From the NCBI GenBank assembly GCA_963710535.1, contig CAVQAW010000001.1:410-64409 (forward strand): DNA of 64,000 nt, written 5' to 3'. The notes under the pieces were generated by a model, which did not search any database, was not told the origin of the DNA, and worked only from the letters and a program-made list of their open reading frames with translations. The translations under genes and the position numbers were made by a program. The first letter of the stretch is position 1. Each line of letters starts with the position of its first letter. The DNA comes from an uncultured Flavobacteriaceae bacterium. Its GTDB lineage: Bacteria > Bacteroidota > Bacteroidia > Flavobacteriales > Flavobacteriaceae. This document shows, piece after piece, positions 49,743 to 58,283 of the stretch.

Positions 49743-50849
49743 TTATTCCTGCCACTCGGCGATGAACAGATTCGTGTCGCGGGTACCGCCATTGTTGCGG
49801 TTGCTCGAAAAGGCCAGGTATTTGCCGTCGTTTGAAAACACCGGAAAGGCATCGAAGGTCTCCCCATGGGTCACCCGTTCAAGGTTTTTGCCATCGACAT
49901 CGATAAAATAGAGGTTGAACGGAAAGCCTTTTTCAGCTTCGAAATTGCTCGAAAAGAGGATTTTTTTGCCCGAGGGATGAAAAAACGGGCTCCAGTTGGC
50001 ATTGCCCAAAAAGGTGAGCTGCCGCAGGTCGCTGCCATCGGCATTGCAGATGAACAGTTCCATTTCGGTAGGCTGTACCAGGCCTTGCGCCAAGAGGTCT
50101 TTGTATTCCTTGATGGCCGCCTCGGTCTTGGGCCGGGAGGCCCTGAATATCAATTGGGTGCCGTCGGGGGAGAAAAAGGCGCCGCCGTCGTACCCGAGTT
50201 CGTCGGTGATCTGTTTAACATCGCTGCCGTCGAGGTTCATGGTGTACAGTTCCAGATCGCCACTTCTCGAGGAGGTGAACACGATCTTATCGCCTTTGGG
50301 CGACACGGTGGCCTCGGCGTCGTAGCCGGGGGAGTCGGTGAGCTGCCCCGTGATATTGCCCTGCAGGTCGGCCACAAAAATATCGAAGCTGTCGTACACG
50401 GGCCATACGTATTTGCCATTGCTGCGCAAGGGCACTTCGGGGCATTCCTTATCGGCCAAATGGGTGGATCCGTAAACGATATGCTGGTTGTCGGGCAGAA
50501 AATAAGCGCAGGTGGTACGGCCCATGCCGGTGCTGATCATGGGCGGCTTTTTGTCCTTGAAATCCTCGCCCACCTCCATGAGGAACATCTGGTCGCACTG
50601 CAGGCCCCAGTCGGCATTGTTCGATTGGAAGACCATTTTTTTGTCGTCAAAGCTCCAATAGGCCTCGGCATTGTCGCCGCCGAAGGTGATCTGCCGGATC
50701 GATTTGAAGTATTTTTCTTCGGGATAGATCAGCGTATCGCTCCCGGCCATAAGCGATTTGGGACTTTCCTGCGGGGCTTCCGCTTTTTTGGGATCCGATT
50801 TGCAGTTCGCCAGGACGAATATTGCCGCCAACATTAAAAATTTCCTCAT
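49743..50849 (-). CDS. TolB-like PD40 beta-propeller lipoprotein
   Basis: Repeated 'AYWSFD', 'ATVSPKG', 'AFFSPDG', 'PFFHPSG', 'PVFSNDG'; start MRKFLM at 50849 with lipobox LANC. Confidence 0.85.
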   Translation of the reverse strand: MRKFLMLAAIFVLANCKSDPKKAEAPQESPKSLMAGSDTLIYPEEKYFKSIRQITFGGDNAEAYWSFDDKKMVFQSNNADWGLQCDQMFLMEVGEDFKDKKPPMISTGMGRTTCAYFLPDNQHIVYGSTHLADKECPEVPLRSNGKYVWPVYDSFDIFVADLQGNITGQLTDSPGYDAEATVSPKGDKIVFTSSRSGDLELYTMNLDGSDVKQITDELGYDGGAFFSPDGTQLIFRASRPKTEAAIKEYKDLLAQGLVQPTEMELFICNADGSDLRQLTFLGNANWSPFFHPSGKKILFSSNFEAEKGFPFNLYFIDVDGKNLERVTHGETFDAFPVFSNDGKYLAFSSNRNNGGTRDTNLFIAEWQE

Positions 50850-50857
50850 AGGATGCT

Positions 50858-50875
50858 TAATTTTGAACAAAATTA
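50858..50875. promoter_or_regulatory. Two overlapping divergent -7 elements forming a palindrome
   Basis: TAATTTTG-AA-CAAAATTA within the 35-bp gap between the divergent genes. Confidence 0.6.
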
Positions 50876-50884
50876 CATCCAAAA

Positions 50885-52108
50885 ATGAAGAAATATACCT
50901 ACTTGGCCCTGTTTTTATGCCTGGCCCTGGGCTGCAAAAAAGAAAAGTCGGCCTCCGTGAGCCTTCAGGAAGACGTCAGTTTTCTCGCCAGCGACGCCCT
51001 GGGCGGCAGGGAAACGGGCACGGAGGGCGAACAGTTGGCCGCCGAATACATCCAGGAAAGAATGGCTGCTTTGGGCCTATCGCCCAAAGGCAATGCCGGC
51101 ACTTTTTACCAGACCTTCACCTTCAAGCCCAAAAAAGATCCCCATTCAGAAGTACAATATACCGCGGGCGACAGCACCATCACCGGCACCAACGTCATCG
51201 GGTATCTCGACAACCAGGCCTCGAACACCATCGTGATCGGAGCCCATTACGACCATCTGGGCATGGGGGGCGAAGGCTCGCTGTACCGGGAAGGTAAGGC
51301 CGTCCACAACGGGGCCGACGACAATGCCAGCGGGGTGGGCCTGCTGCTGCACCTGGCCGACACCCTGCAGGGCATCGATAAGGGCAACAATTACCTGTTC
51401 ATCGCCTTTTCCGGGGAAGAGATGGGGCTGCTCGGCAGCAATTATTTCGTAAAAAACCCGACCATCGACCTAAACAAGGTCGATTATATGCTGAACATGG
51501 ACATGGTGGGCCGGCTGCGCGACGACCAGACCCTGGCCATCAGCGGTACCGGTACCTCCCCGATCTGGGCGCAGGTGCTGAATGCCGCCAACCCCGGCTT
51601 TAAATTGGTGCTCGACGAATCGGGGGTAGGGCCCTCCGACCATACTTCCTTCTATTTGCAGGACATCCCGGTGCTCCATTTTTTTACCGGGCAGCACGAA
51701 GACTACCACAAGCCTTCCGATGATTCCGGAAAGCTAAACTATGTGGGGATGCAAAAGATCGGCAGCTATATCGTCGCGGTGATCGGGGAACTCGATGACG
51801 ACCCCAAACTCACCTTTAAGAAAACCAAGAACGAAAGCGAAGAAGTGCCCCGCTTCAAGGTGGCCCTGGGCGTGGTGCCCGATTACCTCTTTGATGGAAA
51901 AGGGATGCGGATCGACGGCATCAGCGAGGGCAAGGCCGCCCAGAAGGCGGGGCTTCAGAAGGGTGATATCGTGATCCAGCTGGGCGATAGCGCGGTGGTC
52001 GACATGATGTCGTACATGCGGGCGCTCTCCACTTTTGAGGAAGGCAACAGCACCAATGTGATCGTGGATCGCCAAGGCGAAAGGATGCTCTTTCCCGTTA
52101 GCTTCTAA
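50885..52108 (+). CDS. M28 family peptidase with a C-terminal PDZ domain (lipoprotein)
   Basis: 'GAHYDHLG', 'NGADDNASG', 'FSGEEMGLLGS', 'LNMDMVGR', 'DYHKPSD', PDZ 'LGVVPDY'. Confidence 0.92.
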   Translation: MKKYTYLALFLCLALGCKKEKSASVSLQEDVSFLASDALGGRETGTEGEQLAAEYIQERMAALGLSPKGNAGTFYQTFTFKPKKDPHSEVQYTAGDSTITGTNVIGYLDNQASNTIVIGAHYDHLGMGGEGSLYREGKAVHNGADDNASGVGLLLHLADTLQGIDKGNNYLFIAFSGEEMGLLGSNYFVKNPTIDLNKVDYMLNMDMVGRLRDDQTLAISGTGTSPIWAQVLNAANPGFKLVLDESGVGPSDHTSFYLQDIPVLHFFTGQHEDYHKPSDDSGKLNYVGMQKIGSYIVAVIGELDDDPKLTFKKTKNESEEVPRFKVALGVVPDYLFDGKGMRIDGISEGKAAQKAGLQKGDIVIQLGDSAVVDMMSYMRALSTFEEGNSTNVIVDRQGERMLFPVSF

Positions 52109-52116
52109 ATTTTCAT

Positions 52117-52124
52117 TAATTTTG
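52117..52124 (+). promoter_or_regulatory. -7 promoter element (TAATTTTG) for dusB
   Basis: TAnnTTTG match 21 nt before the GTG start. Confidence 0.55.
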
Positions 52125-52145
52125 CACCCTGAAACCTTTTAAAAA

Positions 52146-53150
52146 GTGCCCTTGCCGAAAATAGGAGACATACAATTGCCCGAGTTCCCCTTGTTGCTCG
52201 CCCCGATGGAGGATGTGAGCGACCCGCCCTTCCGCGCCCTGTGCAAGGAGCAGGGGGCCGATCTGGTCTATACCGAGTTCATTTCCTCGGAGGGGCTGAT
52301 CCGCGATGCGGCCAAAAGCGTGATGAAGCTCGACATCTATGAAAAGGAACGCCCGGTGGGCATACAGATCTTTGGGGCCAATCTCGATTCGATGCTGCAG
52401 ACGGTGGAAATCGTGGAAAAATCGAAACCCGATATCATCGACATCAACTTTGGCTGTCCGGTGAAAAAGGTGGTCAGCAAAGGGGCCGGGGCCGGCATTT
52501 TGAAAGACATCGACCTGATGGTCTCCCTGACCGAGGCCATGGTAAAGCATACCCATTTGCCCATTACCGTGAAGACACGCCTGGGCTGGGACCATGATTC
52601 GATCAGGATCGTGGAGGTGGCCGAACGGCTGCAGGACGTGGGCTGCAAGGCCATTTCGATCCATGGCCGTACGCGCGCCCAAATGTACAAGGGCGAGGCC
52701 GATTGGAGGCCCATTGCCGAAGTAAAGAACAACCAAAGGATGCACATTCCCGTTTTCGGGAACGGGGACGTCGATTCGCCCGAGGCCGCCATGACCATGC
52801 GCGACCAGTACGGCTTGGACGGGGCCATGATCGGCCGCGCCAGTATAGGCTATCCCTGGTTCTTCAGGGAAGTGAAGCACTTTTTCAAAACGGGAACCTA
52901 CCTCAGTCCGCCCAGCATGGAAGAACGGGTAGCGGTGGCCAGAAGGCACCTGCAGATGGCCATCGATTGGAAGGGCGAGCAATTGGGCGTTTTTGAGACC
53001 CGCCGCCATTATACGAATTACTTCAAGGGGATTCCCGATTTTAAGGAATATCGGATGAGAATGGTTACCAGCGACCGGGCCAGCGATGTTTTTGAGGCCT
53101 TCGATGCGGTATTGGAAAACTTCGCCGACCACGAGTTCGTGCTCTCCTAA
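52146..53150 (+). CDS. dusB: tRNA-dihydrouridine synthase B
   Basis: 'LAPMEDV', 'IDINFGCP', 'TVKTRLGW', 'IHGRT', 'GNGD', 'MIGRA'. Confidence 0.93.
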   Translation: MPLPKIGDIQLPEFPLLLAPMEDVSDPPFRALCKEQGADLVYTEFISSEGLIRDAAKSVMKLDIYEKERPVGIQIFGANLDSMLQTVEIVEKSKPDIIDINFGCPVKKVVSKGAGAGILKDIDLMVSLTEAMVKHTHLPITVKTRLGWDHDSIRIVEVAERLQDVGCKAISIHGRTRAQMYKGEADWRPIAEVKNNQRMHIPVFGNGDVDSPEAAMTMRDQYGLDGAMIGRASIGYPWFFREVKHFFKTGTYLSPPSMEERVAVARRHLQMAIDWKGEQLGVFETRRHYTNYFKGIPDFKEYRMRMVTSDRASDVFEAFDAVLENFADHEFVLS

Positions 53151-53165
53151 AGGCCCGTTTATGGC

Positions 53166-54362
53166 CTAAGCCAACAATTTTCTGTTCACCCTGCCACTGG
53201 CGATTTTTGCCGCGATGACGCCCAGCACCACGATGGTGGCCAGAACGATGAGCACGTTAAATACCTGGAATTCCACCGGGTAGGCCAGGGAGGGTGTGAT
53301 CCTCAGCCAGCCGAAGGCCAGTTGCGAGAGGATGAGCAAAGATCCCAAGAGCACCCCGATGAGGCCGCCGAAACCGGTCACCAGCACCCCCTGTACAAAA
53401 TAGATGCGCCGCAGCTCCCTTAGGGTGGTGCCGAGGGCAAAGAGCGTTTTTGAGTTCTGTTGCTTGTCGAGGATCATCATGGTAATGGCCCCCACCACGT
53501 TGAAGAGCGCGATTACGAGCACCAGGGTAAAGATCAGGTAGGTGGCCAGGTTTTCGGTGTTCAGCATGCGGTACAGGGTGCTGTTGAGCTCCCTGCGGTC
53601 TTTGACGATCACCTTGCCGCCGAAGAGGGTCTCGATCTTGTTTTTGAGGGCGGGGACATCTGCCGTTTCCCTGACTTTAAAATCGATGCCCGAGATCTGG
53701 GTACTGTCTTTTTCGAGGAGGGCCTGGACCAGCGGCAGTTCGGCGAAGACGTATTTTTTATCGAGGTTTTCCTCTATGGTAAAGACCCCGCTGAGCACCA
53801 GCGGCATTTGGTTGTAGGGCTTCCGTTCCTGGGAGATGGAGCCTTTGCCCGGTTTGGGGGCGTACACGATCATGGGGTTCTGGAACTGGTTGGTGGCCAG
53901 GCCGAGGAGGTTGGCGATCTCGAGGCCCGCCACGCCCTGCAGCGCATTGAGCGTCCACTGACCATAGCGCACGATGCTGTCGACGCCGGTGACCTTTACA
54001 TAGTTGGTATCGACGCCCTTGATCAGGGCGATATGGCTCTTTTGTTGGTAGGTGAGGTATACCTTTTCTTCCAGTTCCTTGGAATAGGCGGCGAGGTCGT
54101 AAATGTTGGCCAGGGTTTCCTCCTGTTCGGGGGAGATGCTAAAAAACTTGCCGGTGGCCGGGAGGGCTTTCAGGTCGGGATCGAAGGCATTGCTGAAGGA
54201 CAGGCTGAAGGTTTTCAGGCCGGCAAAGCCCGAAAGCACGATAAAGAGGGCCGCCGAACCGATGACGATCACGATAAAGGTGATCAGGTTGATGATGTTC
54301 ACCGCATTCTGACTGCTTTTGGAACGCAGGTAGCGCTTGGCGATATAGAGCGGGAAATTCAA
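53166..54362 (-). CDS. LolC/E-FtsX-like ABC transporter permease
   Basis: 'IAKRYL.SKS', large periplasmic domain, C-terminal transmembrane helices with 'IALFNVVGAITMMILDK...LFALG'. Confidence 0.88.
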   Translation of the reverse strand: MNFPLYIAKRYLRSKSSQNAVNIINLITFIVIVIGSAALFIVLSGFAGLKTFSLSFSNAFDPDLKALPATGKFFSISPEQEETLANIYDLAAYSKELEEKVYLTYQQKSHIALIKGVDTNYVKVTGVDSIVRYGQWTLNALQGVAGLEIANLLGLATNQFQNPMIVYAPKPGKGSISQERKPYNQMPLVLSGVFTIEENLDKKYVFAELPLVQALLEKDSTQISGIDFKVRETADVPALKNKIETLFGGKVIVKDRRELNSTLYRMLNTENLATYLIFTLVLVIALFNVVGAITMMILDKQQNSKTLFALGTTLRELRRIYFVQGVLVTGFGGLIGVLLGSLLILSQLAFGWLRITPSLAYPVEFQVFNVLIVLATIVVLGVIAAKIASGRVNRKLLA

Positions 54363-54364
54363 GT

Positions 54365-54757
54365 TTACAGCTTTTTTCTTTTGGCCAGCAGATCGCGGTT
54401 CTCGATGGGGTTTTCCTCCCCTTTGAGCGATTTATCGATGTTCTCGATATAGTCGAGCGAATCGTCGAGGTAGAAAAGCAGTTGGGGCACCCGCCGCAAC
54501 TGGTGCCTGGTGCGCTGCGCGAGTTCGTGCTTGATCAGGGGCTGGTTCGATTTGATGCCCTCCATGAGTTCCCCGGCCTGTTTGGTGGGAAAGATGCTGA
54601 GGTATACTTTGGCGATGGAAAGATCGGTGGTCACCGTTACCTTGGAGACCGAGATGATCACGCTGCGCAGCCCGCCATCGATGGCGGCGCGCTGTAAAAT
54701 ATCGACGATGTCTTTTTGGATGACCCCCGCTATCTTTTTCTGTCGTTGTGTTTCCAT
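54365..54757 (-). CDS. rbfA: Ribosome-binding factor A
   Basis: 'RQKKIA..IQ', 'V.VT.DLSIAKVY', 'LRRVPQL.FYLDDS'. Confidence 0.95.
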   Translation of the reverse strand: METQRQKKIAGVIQKDIVDILQRAAIDGGLRSVIISVSKVTVTTDLSIAKVYLSIFPTKQAGELMEGIKSNQPLIKHELAQRTRHQLRRVPQLLFYLDDSLDYIENIDKSLKGEENPIENRDLLAKRKKL

Positions 54758-54761
54758 AGGG

Positions 54762-54769
54762 CAAAAATA
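54762..54769 (-). promoter_or_regulatory. -7 promoter element (TATTTTTG) for rbfA
   Basis: CAAAAATA on the + strand, only 4 nt from the ATG. Confidence 0.5.
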
Positions 54770-54827
54770 CGGAGAATTAACTGTAAATTAGGGCAGATGA
54801 ACCCGAGAGGGCCAAAAAACCACGGAT

Positions 54828-55229
54828 TTGAAGAAAATAGAGCACATCGGCATCGCCGTAAAAGACCTTGAAGCCTCCAATGCGCTGTTCGAGAAGCTGC
54901 TGGGGGCGCCGGCCTACAAGACCGAAACGGTGGCCTCGGAGGGCGTGCGCACGGCCTTTTTCGGGGCGGGCCCCAACAAGGTGGAACTGCTGGAAGCCCT
55001 GAACGATGCCAGTCCGGTGGCCAAGTTCCTCGAGAAAAGGGGGGAGGGCGTGCACCATATCGCCTTTTTGGTCGACGACATCGTGGCCGAGCTCGCCCGT
55101 TTGAAAAAGGAGGGTTTTGTGCTATTGAACGAGGTGCCCAAAAAGGGGGCCGACAACAAGTGGGTGGCCTTCGTGCACCCTAAATCGGCCAACGGGGTTT
55201 TGGTGGAACTGTGCCAGGAGATCGAATAG
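54828..55229 (+). CDS. mce: Methylmalonyl-CoA epimerase
   Basis: 'IEHIGIAV', 'EGVRTAF', 'KVELLE', 'GEGVHHIAF', 'FVHPKSANGVLVELCQ'. Confidence 0.92.
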   Translation: MKKIEHIGIAVKDLEASNALFEKLLGAPAYKTETVASEGVRTAFFGAGPNKVELLEALNDASPVAKFLEKRGEGVHHIAFLVDDIVAELARLKKEGFVLLNEVPKKGADNKWVAFVHPKSANGVLVELCQEIE

Positions 55230-55292
55230 CACAAAGGCCTTAAAGTTGTTGTGGCTGTGTAAAATAAGTGGTAATATTGCAGACCTAAAACC

Positions 55293-55366
55293 GGTCCTAT
55301 AGCTCAGTTGGTTAGAGCACCTGACTCATAATCAGGTGGTCCCTGGTTCGAGCCCAGGTGGGACCA
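55293..55366 (+). tRNA. tRNA with CAT anticodon, probably tRNA-Ile2 (lysidine) rather than Met
   Basis: Cloverleaf GGTCCTA/TGGGACC, anticodon arm CCTGA-CTCATAA-TCAGG. C4:G69 and C5:G68 pairs are the known TilS identity elements, and the initiator GGG/CCC anticodon-stem signature is absent. Confidence 0.9.
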
Positions 55367-55378
55367 CATCAAGCAGCA

Positions 55379-55410
55379 AACCCCGCGCAAATGCGCGGGG
55401 TTATTTTTTG
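55379..55410 (+). terminator. Intrinsic terminator after the tRNA
   Basis: AACCCCGCGC-AAAT-GCGCGGGGTT followed by ATTTTTT. Confidence 0.8.
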
Positions 55411-55699
55411 GAAATTCCCGTACAAAAACTTGTTTTTGTAAGGGAGTGAACAAAAAAGAAACGCAGCCCGCCAGGGCTGTGCGGGTTGCTATTTGCAGGA
55501 GCGGGCCTTCTCTGGTCGATTCGCGTAGCGAATGAACCCAGGTGACTTTCAAAATGAATTAAAGAGAAACATTTTGCCGTTTACGGTCAAGGGCGAGAAG
55601 TTTAACCTGCCAAGGGAGATGGCCTATAGAGTTAACCCGAGCATTAATTAAATTCATTGTCGAAAACAGTATCTTCGGTACCATCAAAAAAAATGCACC

Positions 55700-55990
55700 A
55701 TGCCCGAAAGCAACAAATCCAGTTCTTGGATAAACATTTTGAGCGAACTTGTGGAAGCCTTTTTTAAGAGCAGCCGGCAAAGCAAGCGAGGCAGGACCTG
55801 GCACCAGCACGTGGTGCCCTACGAGGACAGGTGGGCCGTAAGGCGTGAGGGGAACAAACGCATCACCTCCAAACACCGCCTCCAGGATACGGCCATCAAC
55901 AAAGCAAAACGCCTGGCCAGAAAATACAAGGCCGATGTGATCATCCATAGGGAGGATGGGACGATACGGGATCGTATTGGGTATGATTGA
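55700..55990 (+). CDS. DUF2188 domain protein
   Basis: 'QHVVPYEDRWAVRREG...S.H..Q..AI..A...A.....VIIHREDGTIRD'. Confidence 0.85.
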   Translation: MPESNKSSSWINILSELVEAFFKSSRQSKRGRTWHQHVVPYEDRWAVRREGNKRITSKHRLQDTAINKAKRLARKYKADVIIHREDGTIRDRIGYD

Positions 55991-56040
55991 AGTATGCCCG
56001 AGGGTCGGGCAGGCCATTTTAATTACCCTTTTTTTCTTTT

Positions 56041-56420
56041 TGTCTCTTTTTGCTTGTCCAAAAAGAGACGCAAAAAGGACACTTTTTCGTTAGGTGTTTC
56101 CCATTCGCTGGCGCTCATGGGAACCGCTCGCACGGGCTGAACGCGGTCCAGGGCTTCCCGCGTTCTAGACGCCCCTGATCGCTACACTACAGAAAAAGAT
56201 AACTCTCCAATGACCTTTTGGGGTAAAAGACCCGGCCTATTTTTGTTTTTGCCAGAAATCAAGGGATTTTCACCTGGGTTTCAGGGAAGCCATCCATAGA
56301 GCATTCCGAGCATCGGAAGCGGCCTGGATGGTGCGGCCGTGGAAATCGCGTAGATTTCAAGAAAAGAAAAATCAGCCTAGACTTTTTTGTTTCTTTTTTT
56401 GGCGATGAAAAAAAGAAAAG
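56041..56420 (+). repeat. Structured non-coding modular repeat, copy 1 (complete unit)
   Basis: Begins CTTTTTGCTTGTCCAAAAAG (56046) and ends CTTTTTTTGGCGATGAAAAAAAG (56393-56415); multiple internal hairpins. Confidence 0.9.
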
Positions 56421-56445
56421 GATATTAAGAATTATTTTTTTCTCT

Positions 56446-56803
56446 TGCCTCTTTTTGCTTGTCCAAAAAGAGGCGCAAAAAGGACACTTTTTCGTTAGGT
56501 GTTTCCCATTCGCTGGCGCTCATGGGAACCGCTCGCACGGGCTAAACGCGGTCCAAGGCTTCCCGCGTTCTAAACGCCCGTGCTCGCTACACTACAGAAA
56601 AAGGAACTCCCCAATGAACTTTTGGGCAAAAGAACCGGCCTATTTTTGTTTCTGCAGAAATCAAGGGATTTTCACCCAGAAGGGAAGCCATCCATAGAGC
56701 ATTCCGAGTTCGGAAGCGCTGGATGCGCGGCGTGGAAATCGCGTAGATTTCGAGCAACGAAAAAGAGCATGTTTTGTTTCTTTTTTTGGCGATGAAAAAA
56801 AGC
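56446..56803 (+). repeat. Structured repeat, copy 2 (tandem, 405 bp after copy 1)
   Basis: Same modules in the same order; the 3' half carries several small deletions. Confidence 0.9.
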
Positions 56804-56817
56804 AAGAACCACGGTTT

Positions 56818-56980
56818 CTGCTCTTTTGCTTGTCCAAAAAGAGGCGCAAAAAGGACACTTTTTCGTAGGTGTTTCCCATTCGCTTCGCTCATGGGACCGC
56901 TCTGAACGGTCAAAGGCAAGATGACCCCTATCACTACACTACAGAAAAGTCTTCAAATGCCTCTTTTTGGGCAAAAGAAC
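56818..56980 (+). repeat. Structured repeat, copy 3 (partial, degenerate)
   Basis: Start hairpin at 56823 and a shortened first domain, joined to the exit module. Confidence 0.8.
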
Positions 56981-57085
56981 CGATTCAAACCCACCCCTGG
57001 CCCCTCCCGGGAGGGGAATAGTTTTTAATAGAATTTTAATACTAGCATTGAGGCCTTGTCAGGTCGAGCGGAGTCGAGACCGGCG
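56981..57085 (+). repeat. Exit module: CCCCTCCCGGGAGGGG palindrome, AT linker and REP-like GTCAGGTCGAGCGGAGTCGAGACC
   Basis: Palindrome at 57001-57016 and REP-like motif at 57058-57081; homologous to 60828-60931. Confidence 0.8.
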
Positions 57086-57206
57086 ATGCTGGTATACATC
57101 ATATCTCGTTTTGCTTCGCTAGCTACCTTTGTTCAATTTGTATGTTGAACTCGATAATGCTCGATATAACAAGATATATACTCGATTTTAATTACAGAAT
57201 TTGAGG

Positions 57207-57240
57207 AATGTCGCCTCTCGACTCCGCTCGAGGTGACATT
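57207..57240 (-). repeat. REP-like hairpin, inverted relative to 57058-57081
   Basis: AATGTCGCCTC-TCGACTCCGCTC-GAGGTGACATT; the reverse complement contains GAGCGGAGTCGAG. Confidence 0.75.
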
Positions 57241-57394
57241 GTATTTGGAAAAGACCCCTAAAAGTATCGGGACAGAGCCACTATTCCTGAAAACCTAGCC
57301 TTGGCCGGCCAGGATGCTTGTCAGCGTTAAGAATTGACCATGCTCAAGTTTTTTTGGTAACAAAGTACCGACCCTTTCGTCATATTTAAATAAA

Positions 57395-58267
57395 ATGGAA
57401 ACAACAACAAAAGTGCTTAAAAAACCATCGGAACCTAAGGAAACCTGGAAAACCATCATTATTTTCCTGATTGTGGTTACCATTACAAGTGCCATATTTC
57501 ACTATGCCATAGTGAATTTGTACCCTTCAAGTATTTATATCGGCGGACTTATGTGGTGCCCTGCCATGGCTGCATTCGTTACCTTGAAATGGATGGGAAG
57601 GTCCATTTCTACTTTGCCCTGGGCTTGGAGAAACTGGAAATATATTCGCCTATCTTATTTTATCCCAACCTTGTATGTTATGATCACCTATATCCTCATC
57701 TGGGGCTTTGGATTGGGAGGGTTAACCGATGAAACGAATGTGTTGGAATGGGCCAAAGAACTTGGTTTGGTGGGCATGGGTTCTTTGCCGCCAGGCTTGG
57801 CGGCAATCATTGCGGTTATTTTACTGGGAACCGTTGGGATCATCAGGGCAATGGCAACCACTTTAGGGGAAGAAATCGGTTGGCGTGGATTTTTTATCTT
57901 TGAATTAAGAAAGGTGCTGCCTTTTACGGGCGTTTCGCTTTTTAGTGGAATCGTTTGGGCTTTTTGGCATTGGCCTTTGATCGTATATTATGGCGGAAAT
58001 ATCGCACTAGAGCTGACCACTTTTGTTGTGGTGATCGTATCCATGTCTTTTATGATGACCTATTACACTTTTAAGTCGAACAGCTTATGGCCGGCAGTCC
58101 TCTTCCATGCGGTAAGCAATGTATATATCCAGAAAATATTTCCCCCGTTGACATCAAAAAATGTAGGGGCCGAATACTGGCACGGCGAATACGGAATTAT
58201 GTTTGCCCTTGTCACTTTTTTATTCGGAATCTATTTTTGGAGAAAAGCACGGAAGGAAAATTTATAA
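57395..58267 (+). CDS. CPBP (CAAX protease/Abi) family intramembrane metalloprotease
   Basis: 'GEEIGWRG', 'WAFWHWP', 'FHAVSN'. Confidence 0.9.
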   Translation: METTTKVLKKPSEPKETWKTIIIFLIVVTITSAIFHYAIVNLYPSSIYIGGLMWCPAMAAFVTLKWMGRSISTLPWAWRNWKYIRLSYFIPTLYVMITYILIWGFGLGGLTDETNVLEWAKELGLVGMGSLPPGLAAIIAVILLGTVGIIRAMATTLGEEIGWRGFFIFELRKVLPFTGVSLFSGIVWAFWHWPLIVYYGGNIALELTTFVVVIVSMSFMMTYYTFKSNSLWPAVLFHAVSNVYIQKIFPPLTSKNVGAEYWHGEYGIMFALVTFLFGIYFWRKARKENL

Positions 58268-58283
58268 AAAAACAGCAAAAGAA

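Noticed and set aside
55345-55366. tRNA as an integration site with a duplicated 3' end (attL/attR)
   Set aside because: No second copy of the tRNA 3' end and no integrase up to base 64000; it could lie beyond the window, so a classical island is unsupported here.
55421-55440. Perfect inverted repeat TACAAAAAC-TT-GTTTTTGTA after the tRNA terminator
   Set aside because: Low complexity, single occurrence, and no adjacent regulator gene to link it to.
56089-56095. GTTAGGT in the repeat matches the integron GTTRRRY core
   Set aside because: I found no RYYYAAC partner at attC spacing and there is no integron integrase in the window; a 7-mer match is expected by chance.
56680-56980. Extra divergence of copies 2 (3' half) and 3 as evidence of age or a subfamily
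   Set aside because: Many differences are single-base losses in short homopolymers (GG->G, CC->C), typical of consensus error in structured repeats; raw reads are needed before interpreting them.
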